Assembly (NCBI RefSeq): GCF_001194135.2
Contig: NC_068988.1
Span: 72,696,080 to 72,739,868, forward strand
Source: Octopus bimaculoides
Taxonomy: Eukaryota
Reading direction: 5' to 3'
DNA: 43,789 bases
Under the pieces are notes generated by a model. That model did not search any database, had not been told where the DNA came from, and saw nothing but the letters and a program-made list of their open reading frames with translations. The stretch's first letter is position 1. Each line of letters begins with the position of its first letter. This document shows positions 35,793-43,789 of the stretch, piece after piece. The position numbers and the translations under genes were made by a program.

Positions 35793-38700
35793 TTATATAT
35801 ANNNNNNNNNNTATATATATATATATATATATGGTTAATGTGTAAGCTACCTGGTATAAACCATTTGTTTTATTACCTAATATCTAATAATATATTTATA
35901 TATATATATATATATATGTATAGGTATATAACTCGCAAAGCCTTTCGGATTTGTTTATAAAAATATTATTTATATAAATATATATGTATGGGTCTATATG
36001 TATGTGTCTATATTCATATATGTCTTTTACTTGTTTCAGTCATTAAACTGTCGCCATGCTGGGGCACCGCCTTGAATTTTTAGTCAAACGAATTGAGACC
36101 AGTACTTATTTTTTAAGCCTGGTACTTATTCTATCAGCCTCTTTTGCCCAACTCCTAAGTTACAGGGATGCAAACACACCAACACTGGTTGTTAAGCAGT
36201 AAGGAGAGGACAGACAACAAGACATGCATAGGCATATATATATATATACGACGGGCTTCTTTCAGTTTCTTCTACCAAATCCATTCAGAAAGCTTTGGTC
36301 GGCCTGAGGCTATAGTAGAAGACACTTGCCCAAGGTGCCTTGCAGTGGGACTGAACCCGGAACCATAAGGTTGGGAAGCAAGCTTCTTGCATATCTGTAA
36401 ATATGTAGGTATCTACAAGTGTGTATGCATGTTGTGTCTATTTATGTCCATATGTTCCTTAATGTGCTTATATGTGTTGATGCCACATAAAAAGCACCCT
36501 AATGCCAACCACTGTAGAAACCATGCCAGAACAAACAATGGAGCTTAGTTCAGCCCCGACCTTACCAGTGACTGTCAAACTGTTCAACCCATGCGAGCAT
36601 GGAAAATGGACATTAAACAATGATGACGATGCTATGTGTGTATAAATATGCAGGAGTGACTCTGTTTTAAGAAGCTTGCTTCTGAACCACACGGTTCCGG
36701 ATGCAGTCTCACTGCTTGACACCTTGGGCAAACCAAAGCCTTATGAGCAGATTTGTTAGAAAGAAGCCCATCACATATGTATGTATGCATGCATGCATTT
36801 GTGTGTGTGTTTGTCCCCACCACCACTGGTTGACAACCAATGTTGGTGTGTTTACGTCCCCATAACTTAGTGGTTCGGCAAAAGAGACCAATAGAATAAG
36901 TACCAGGCTTACAAAGAACAAGCCCTGGGGTTGATTTGTTCGACTAAAGGTGATGCTCCAGCATGGCTACTGTCAAATGACTGAAACAAGTCTATTGATA
37001 TATATTGAATGAAGCCAGTATGCTCCGATGGATGTGTAATGTCAGTGTGCATACTCGACAGAGTGTAAGTACCTTGAGAGAAAAGTTGAACCTAAGAAGC
37101 ATCAGTTGTGGTGTGCAAGAGAGACGATTGCCCTGGTATGGATGAGGATAGCTGTGTGAAAAAGTGCCACACCCTAGCAGTTGAGGGAACCTGTGGAAGA
37201 GGCAGGCCGAGGAAGACCTGGGATGAGGTGGTGAAGCACGACCTCCAAACTTTAGGTCTCACCGAAGCAATGACTTTTGACCGAGACCTTTGGAAATATG
37301 TTGTGTGTGAGAAAACCCGGCAAGCCAAGTGAGACCAAAATCCAAGGCCTCTGCTAGGGATGTATCCAGCCCACTTATGCGTACCTTTCCTTCATTGGAC
37401 ACTAAACTCGTCTTGCGAAGACCTGTTGGGGCAAGTGAAAGTGAAATCATGATGGCACCTGTACCAGNNNNNNNNNNTCCGCTTGCAAAGACCTATTGAG
37501 GCAAGTGAAATCGAAATCGAACTAAATTCGAATGGCCCCCCCCCCTGCCAACGTCTCCTTCATTGGACACTAAACTCGTCTTGCGAAGACCTGTTGGGGC
37601 AAGTGAAAGTGAAATCATGATGGCACCTGTACCAGTGGAGCGTTAAGAGCACAGTTCGAGTGTGATCGTTACCAGCGTTGCCTTACTGGCACTTGTGCCG
37701 GTGGCATGTGAAAAGTCATTCAAGCAAGATCGTTGCCAGTGCCACTGGACTGGCTCCTGTGCAGGTGGCACCTAAAATACACCATTTTGAACGTGGCCAT
37801 TGCCAGGACCACCTGACTGGCCTTCGTGCCAGTGGCACATCAAAGCACCCACTACACTCTCGGAGTGGTTGGCATTAGAAAGGGCATCCAGCTGTAGAAA
37901 CTGTCAAATCAGATTGGAGCCTGGTGTTGCCATCTGGTTCACCAGTCTTCAGTCAAATCGTCCAACCCATGCTAGCATGGAAAGCAGACGTTAAATGATG
38001 ATGATATAAACAATTGCAGCGTGAGAGAAAACACAAAAACCATTAGTTTCACTTCAACATTTAATTTTCACTCATGCCAAAATATTTAAGGAACGAAAAT
38101 ATTTTGACACAAATGAAAATTAAATGTTGAAGTGAAACTAAGAGTTTTTGTGAGTTCTTGAAAGGCTTACAAAATATCTTCCATGCTGCAATTGTTTTTG
38201 TTTCAGCACACGATCTCAGATCAAGTCACTTGCTATGCAAGTACATCACCGTGACAGACAGACAGATTCGATGTATATATATATATATATATGCTGATAC
38301 CCCCTTCGGTCATGACTAACCATGGGATTGCACCTAGAAATTTACCCTCCCAGGCACAAGTCCGGGCAAGGTTGTTTATGGAAGACCAGCAGTCGCCCAT
38401 ACATACTGGCCTCCCCTGTCCACGCCACCAGTGTTATCCAAGGGAAAGGCAAAGGCCAATACAGCTTGGCACCTGTGACATCGCAACTCATTTCTACAGC
38501 TGAGTGAACTGGAGCAACGTGAAATAAAGTGTCTTGNNNNNNNNNNNNNNNNNNNNNNNNNNNNNNNNNNNNNNNNNNNNNNNNNNNNNNNNNNNNNNNN
38601 NNNNNNNNNNNNNNNNNNNNNNNNNNNNNNNNNNNNNNNNNNNNNNNNNNNNNNNNNNNNNNNNNNNNNNNNNNNNNNNNNNNNNNNNNNNNNNNNNNNN

Positions 38701-41536
38701 NNNNNNNNNNNNNNNNNNNNNNNNNNNNNNNNNNNNNNNNNNNNNNNNNNNNNNNNNNNNNNNNNNNNNNNNNNNNNNNNNNNNNNNNNNNNNNNNNNNN
38801 NNNNNNNNNNNNNNNNNNNNNNNNNNNNNNNNNNNNNNNNNNNNNNNNNNNNNNNNNNNNNNNNNNNNNNNNNNNNNNNNNNNNNNNNNNNNNNNNNNNN
38901 NNNNNNNNNNNNNNNNNNNNNNNNNNNAAGAGACAGACAGACAGACACAACAGGTTTCTTTTATTTTCTGTCTACCAAATCCACTCACAAGGCTTTGGTT
39001 GATTGAGGCTTTTGAAGACACTTGCCCAAGGTGCCGCGAAGTGGAACTGAACCTGGAACTACATTGTTGGGAAGCAAACCTCTTACCACACAGCTGCACC
39101 TGGGCACTCAATGCTAACCCTACTTCAGTATCCGACCTCTGTGTGTTGTTTTGGGATGTTCGCTAATATCTTTATTTATTTACACTAAGCTCACCACTGA
39201 AGAAAACGTTTAAGTTATTTTTATTGGATACTCTTCTATACCTATGAGACTGTGTGAAATGTTTATCTACTTAAAGAAAACCTGCCTCGCCCACATTTTT
39301 TTATTCTAGTTTATTTATTTTCTATGTTTCAAAATTTATTTTTTGCCCCCTCTCTTTAGAAACAAATAAGTTTTACTGACTGTTAAGGCTAATAAAATCT
39401 GGTATATGGGTCTCAAAAATTATTTACCCTTTCACATAAAAACTGACACTAATTCTAAAAGAAATATACTTTCTCATGATAAAGTGTTACATATATAGGC
39501 CCTACTGCAAAGTAAATGAAAGGCTGTTGTATGTCAACAGCCCTCTGTCACCCACCTATATTGTGTTTAAAAAAATTGTAATGTCAGTAAGAAGATTTCA
39601 AATGTCCTCACTATTACAAGGCTTTCACAGCCAATGGTTTGAAGGACCACATCACCTATATGCCATGACCTAACACCCACAAAAGAAAGCATAAGCTCCT
39701 TTGGTTTGCCCTACCCTTCTCAGTGTCAAAACCTGTGTGAGAACGGGTCTTCCTTAGATTAATAGCTTAGTTTTTCACACCATCTCACAGGTATAGATTA
39801 TTCAATCGCTATAACTTAGGGGCTTATTCAGCTGTGTGCCTAATGTAAAAAAGATATTAGTGAACACTCCCAAAACCCTGCATAGATGCAAGACACTCAT
39901 ATAAAGTTAAAAGTCAATGCCCAGTTGATGGTCGATGCAACACTGAGGCAGAGGTGGTGTCCAACAGTAGCAGGAACAAAAGGACACATACACAGAAATA
40001 TGTTGGAGCACCAGAAAACCAGGCTAAATAACTATAGGTCCTCTTTTAGGATCCCAGAGACGTACAAAGTTACAATGTTAGCCAGCTACATGTAGCAATT
40101 AAAAGAGGGAACGCCATACAGAATTAACTGCAAGCAGCTGGAACAACCTGGATGTACATGTATATGAAAGATAATGCATGTGTGAGAGAGAACAAGTGCC
40201 CTCCCTCAAAAGGTTAAACTCCAGTTTCTGACCCGGGCAAAAAAATTTTCGTTTACTACATATTCGTTTACTACATGTTGTTTTACACCTATTACACTAT
40301 TTTACCCCATTTTTTATTTTGGGCCCGGGTCAGAAACTGGAATTTAACCCCTCAAAAATGTTAAGCCTTGTGCCTATAGTCGAAAGGATTAATTAGTTTA
40401 GGTTATTCAGAAAAGCCAAGTTAGATTTTCTATTTTTTTAAATTACGCCGCTTTTCTCTCGTTCACCAAATGATGAATGTTTTGATAACAAGTAAAAACC
40501 GTTAAACGAGGTGGGGACAGGTTTTTGTTAATTAACAAAATTATATATAAAAGATAAATAAAATTGCTCAAGCTTTCCATATCTAATTAATGTTCCAATC
40601 CAACCAGGGATAGCTGTTGATTAGTTGGATTCTGTCGCAACTAAATACGAGTAACCAACGGGTCTGAAAGCCTCCTACTGCTTGGAATAGGAAAAGGGTG
40701 GGGTTTTTCTTTCAAATTTCAGAATTCATATTTTTCATACAACGGGAATCACAAATCTGAGAGAATTCTTATCGAAACATTTCAATTTTAACACCCTCTT
40801 TAATTTTATGCCCTTTTTGTTCTCCATGAGGCAGGGGTATCTCTTCCAAAAACTCCGCCCAACAACGAACGCATGCAATTGTTAGAAGATTTTTCTTTTT
40901 ATTTCTTTCAAAAGAAATAAGGTATCGGTTTTGTTTAAATAAACGTGTTCTAATCCAGAGAAACATGAAGATATGAGATATAAAAAGGAAAATAACGAAC
41001 AAATATACAAGATGGCGAAATGAGTAAATTATAATAATGTCATTGTGTCGGCCGAACAAGGCATTTAGAAAGCAAAGAGAGAGGCTTGGGCGCAAGTTTT
41101 ACTTTGAAGAGAATAGAGTTCGGACATGATTAACTTTACTCGCCTATTTTTACTATAAAAAGACGGATGAGATTGAAGAAATAAGACATCAAAAAATATA
41201 AAATGTTTTACTATATCGATGTCAAATGAAGTTAGAAGTAATGGAACAATCATGAAGCTCTCTTTTCAGTCCACACCTCTTTAAAACTACTAAAATCAAT
41301 ACTACTTCTCACCGGCTTCACTGAAAGTTATTAGTCATCTTAATTCATTCATCAAATACAATAGATACCCATCTCTTCTGCATTGTCTTTCTAACATGAG
41401 GCTTTACCTCAACCACACTACATTAAGTAAAACATGTTAAATTTCGGTTATATTTAGTTTGTAATTAACAATGGTTTAAGTAAATAACAGACAAGAGAAA
41501 ACACAGACAACATGTGAAATAACTTACCTCTGACAT
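26259..41536 (-). CDS. DBI: Acyl-CoA-binding protein / diazepam-binding inhibitor, 4 coding exons, 85 aa
   Basis: Manual splicing 41536-41528 + 30929-30815 + 27702-27640 + 26329-26259 = 258 nt, open, all introns GT-AG. The protein has the ACBP signature [12 protein letters not shown]-x-NT-x-KPG-x2-D-x4-KW-x-AW. Exon sizes 9/115/63 match the vertebrate DBI layout (9/118/63, recalled). Confidence 0.96.
26422..26845 (+). mobile_element. Mariner 5' fragment in DBI intron 3
   Basis: ta-ttgggttggcaactaag TIR; [28 protein letters not shown]. Confidence 0.75.
26846..27420 (+). mobile_element. Old RTE LINE 3' fragment in DBI intron 3
   Basis: Degenerate [23 protein letters not shown] motifs; tail ccagcccacgtaagcatggaaaac. 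Confidence 0.7.
27640..27702 (-). CDS. DBI: DBI/ACBP coding exon 3 ([21 protein letters not shown])
   Basis: ttttcttgcag|AAAAACCTGGC...GATAGAAAAG|gtgaat; 63 nt, phase 1 to 1. Confidence 0.96.
28307..28462 (+). mobile_element. Decayed CORE-SINE family A
   Basis: tggttaaagag..gagttccatcc..gacaagtgtctcctact..tttggtagatggaa. Confidence 0.6.
28620..29246 (+). mobile_element. Mariner 5' fragment in DBI intron 2
   Basis: Same family as 26422: [43 protein letters not shown]..., ending at DEKW. Confidence 0.8.
30815..30929 (-). CDS. DBI: DBI/ACBP coding exon 2 ([10 protein letters not shown]...[11 protein letters not shown])
   Basis: tttttttgtag|GAATTCACA...ATTAACACAG|gtgatt; 115 nt, phase 0 to 1. 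Confidence 0.96.
31926..32215 (-). mobile_element. RTE 3' UTR fragment
   Basis: catcaacatttaacgtctgttttccatgctggcatgggttggacg. Smaller fragments at about 33415-33600 (-), 34305-34385 (-), 36480-36632 (+) and 6219-6261 (-). Confidence 0.75.
32651..33016 (-). mobile_element. Composite SINE (CORE module - microsatellite - 3' module)
   Basis: Same bipartite layout as 33607-34064, in reverse. Confidence 0.75.
33607..34064 (+). mobile_element. Full composite tRNA/CORE-SINE with internal (TA)n(TG)n
   Basis: A-box-like tagctgtgcagtaag, B-box gggttcagtccc, CORE ggcaccttgggcaagtgtc, (TA)n, then ggtgtgtttac..gaataagtac..ggggtcgatttgc..ggtgctccagcatggcc..aaaaga tail. Confidence 0.85.
36023..36389 (-). 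mobile_element. Composite SINE
   Basis: Reverse copy of the 33607 family. Confidence 0.8.
36649..36990 (+). mobile_element. Composite SINE
   Basis: Forward copy with an internal deletion in the 5' module. Confidence 0.8.
37010..38006 (+). mobile_element. RTE LINE 3' end with long repeat-containing 3' UTR
   Basis: [24 protein letters not shown] / [42 protein letters not shown] (stop 37332), then about 670 bp of UTR to (GAT)n. Confidence 0.9.
38008..38197. repeat. Nested inverted repeat (MITE-like hairpin)
   Basis: Outer 16-bp arms aaacaattgcagcgtg/catgctgcaattgttt; inner ~56-bp arms 38032-38087 and 38097-38152 with a 9-nt loop. Confidence 0.8.
38293..38536 (-). mobile_element. Second CORE-SINE family (3' part, runs into a gap)
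   Basis: Minus strand caagacactttatttcacgttgctccagttcactcagctgtagaaatgagt is CORE-like; the tail differs from family A. Confidence 0.65.
38945..39097 (-). mobile_element. CORE-SINE family A
   Basis: gaagacacttgcccaaggtgcc..ggaactgaacc. Confidence 0.8.
40212..40349. mobile_element. 138-bp MITE (Merlin-like: GG..CC ends, 8-bp TSD)
   Basis: 27-bp TIR ggttaaa(c/t)tccagtttctgacccgggc with one mismatch; perfect TSD cctcaaaa; interrupts a family-B SINE tail. Confidence 0.85.
41528..41536 (-). CDS. DBI: DBI/ACBP coding exon 1 (MSE)
   Basis: Minus strand tttatcATGTCAGAG|gtaagtt: ATG, 9 nt, consensus phase-0 donor; equivalent to MSQ exon 1 of vertebrate DBI. Confidence 0.85.
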
Positions 41537-41730
41537 GATAAAAATTGTGGAATGAATTGACAGCTATGTTACAACAACAATGTAGACAGAATGTGATTCT
41601 CACTCACTCTCGTTCTTTCCCTCTCTTACAACTCAACACTATCTGCTACCTCCCTCTCTCTCTCTCTCTCTACCTCGCAGTTAGCTCTCTCTCTCTCTAC
41701 CTCACACCTCTCTCTCTCCAGTTGATTACT
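41537..41730 (-). promoter_or_regulatory. DBI 5'UTR / proximal promoter region with (GA)n tracts
   Basis: Immediately upstream of the ATG; (CT)n tracts on + at about 41650-41720. No clear TATA box; TSS not determinable. Confidence 0.4.
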
Positions 41731-42518
41731 CCACTAACACGAAAGTTTTTTTATGTGGTGCAAGAAATAGCAGCCAAGTTCCCTATGTCTTAGAAAGAGA
41801 CGGACACTGACAAAGTAATCACGAGTTTACCAAAAACAAAAAAGTAGTCACAACTGGAAACCCTCGATAAGGCAGACCCGGGGCTGAATAACAACATCTT
41901 ATCTAATTCCATTATCTTTAACAAAAAGCTGATAATTTTAACTACTCACATAATAGCTTTTGAGGATACATTACTTTCCTAAAATTATACTAATCTTGAA
42001 AATACTAATAACCTTTGATCAAAGTAAATATTAGACGTATGAGGAGATGCATGTATTATCTTCTCACTGACTAAAGGTTGTTGGACTGGTCTGTGGTGGT
42101 GACAGTTGATGAATGTAAATATGTTTCTTGGGTTGCGTGTTGGAGTAGATGAACAACACTCATGAAGATTATGTCATCACAGATAAAGACAAACTGCGTT
42201 AGCCTTTTACAGATAACAGCAGCAATAATTATATAGTCGGAGAGATATTGAGTTTACGGCAAGTTATTGATACGGTAACCTGCGGCTTGCCCAACATAAC
42301 TGAAAACTATTGTGCTATATATTCATGGTGACGAAGGTTCCTATCATCTATCTAGGTCATCTGGCTGGTAGAAATGCATGCCAAACTGCGTTTATTGAGG
42401 ACTGGAAGTCAAATTCTAGAATGTTCAAGAAGACCTATCCATGCCATTGCTTCTCGTTGATTTGTAGATTAATAGACCAATCATATGAAACTATGGTGGT
42501 CTGCTCATGATGTCTGAC

Positions 42519-42762
42519 TACTTGTTTCAGTTATTAGACTTTGGTCATGCTGAGGCATTGCCTTGAAGGGTTTAGTAGAACACATCAACCCCAGTACTTA
42601 TTTTTAAACCTGTTACTTATTCTATCGGTCTCCTTTGCCAAACTGCTAAGCATAAACAAACCAACACCAGTTGTCAGCCAGGGTAGGGGACAAGCACAAA
42701 GACATACACACACACACACATATATGTATATATATATATACACACACACACACACATATACC
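42519..42762 (-). mobile_element. Composite SINE 3' module plus microsatellite
   Basis: cttgtttcagt..catgctgaggcattgcc..acttattctatcggtctcctttgcc, then (CA)/(TA) repeats. Confidence 0.7.
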
Positions 42763-42826
42763 GTTTAAGAATCCATAAGTCAGAAAAAAATGCACTCGTA
42801 TATTTGTTGTCAGTAGAGTGGGCATA

Positions 42827-43401
42827 TTAATCGAAGTGTAATGGATTATATATCCATTACAGCCGATCTTATGGGTCAGTTTTGTACTAATGGTTCGATG
42901 ATTATGTAACCCTGCACGCTTCAGAGATGACTGCTATGGAATGAAATATGGCAACTGCTCTCCATTGGTGGAGGTGAACAGACACATCCAGTTTGTGGTA
43001 GCTGTGAAAAAGATGATGAAACAAACTAAGCAAGGATTGAGCTAAGAGTTATGTCCCAATGTACCAAATACACAAAAAATACATTTCCCATATACTCTTT
43101 TCCAGAAAACTCTTGCTGCCTTGCAACACCCCTAGAGATAGTGTTTTGGTACCATGGAACATAACACTTAACTCAACCTTTGCTCAGTTCATTTCATCAG
43201 CTTCTTCACAGCAACCACAAATCAGATGTGTCTATTCACTTCCAGCAATAGAGAGCAGTCATTTTATTTCATAACTGCAATCTCTGAAGAGCGCAGGGTT
43301 TCATAATCAGACTGTTACCTAACACTCAGTTGAACCCCATGTGTGAAACTGATCAATAAGATCAGCAGTAATGGATGTATAATTCTGTACACTTCAATTA
43401 A
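42827..43401. mobile_element. Fold-back element with ~245-bp inverted arms, TA-flanked (Tc1/mariner-like MITE)
   Basis: Arm 42827-43068 aligns by eye along its length with the reverse complement of 43145-43401; 76-bp spacer; ta on both flanks. Confidence 0.8.
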
Positions 43402-43714
43402 TATATATATATATATTTTAATGTCCATAAGTTGATAAATACCACCTATTGATCCCCTCCATTTTCTTATTGCTCTATAAATTAATGGTAAAATAACTCT
43501 TTATCCTCACCCATTAATTACACTTGGTAATGTAATTGCCATGCAATGAAAAAATACTTGTGTATTAATAATTGGGTATTCTACCAGCAGTATATTGGAT
43601 AGATATTATCCATTAGTTGGTTGGATCCACAAACTAACTTTCTTGGAATATTTTGCCATCTATATATATGTACACTTATGTAAGTATTATACTATACATT
43701 TCAATTATATATAT

Positions 43715-43716
43715 AT

Positions 43717-43789
<73 letters not shown>
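43715..43789. repeat. (TA)n microsatellite (others at about 6001-6046, 28577-28612, 33770-33839; (CA)n 14143-14180)
   Basis: Seen directly. Confidence 0.95.

Noticed and set aside
40769-41095. 108-aa minus-strand ORF in intron 1
   Set aside because: Low-complexity F/L/I-rich translation with no recognisable domain; different frame from the candidate alternative exon.
41815-41826. SREBP-like site (atcacgag) upstream of DBI
   Set aside because: Only a partial motif match; not distinguishable from chance without conservation data.

Overview
AT-rich, gap-containing eukaryotic genomic DNA. It is most likely from an octopus; this is inferred from the SINE families, RTE 3' tails and (TA)n/(ATT)n load, and cannot be proven here. 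One protein-coding gene is clearly recognisable, and the ORF track misses it because its exons are short. It is an intact 4-exon acyl-CoA-binding protein gene (DBI/ACBP) on the minus strand: join 41536-41528, 30929-30815, 27702-27640, 26329-26259, giving 85 aa [85 protein letters not shown]. It has the vertebrate-type exon structure, an ODN-like endozepine peptide, and possibly a 3'-UTR intron and an alternative first exon. The rest is a mosaic of mostly decayed mobile elements: RTE and Tx1/L1 LINE fragments, tRNA-derived SINEs, mariner remnants, three hAT elements with 8-bp TSDs, two GG..CC MITEs with 8-bp TSDs (one carrying inverted telomere-like repeats), a solo LTR, a Helentron-type element and several fold-back elements. 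Almost all supplied ORFs are microsatellite, gap or TE read-through. I found no convincing wholly new multi-gene system; the best leads are listed as findings. TE boundaries without a stated TSD are approximate.
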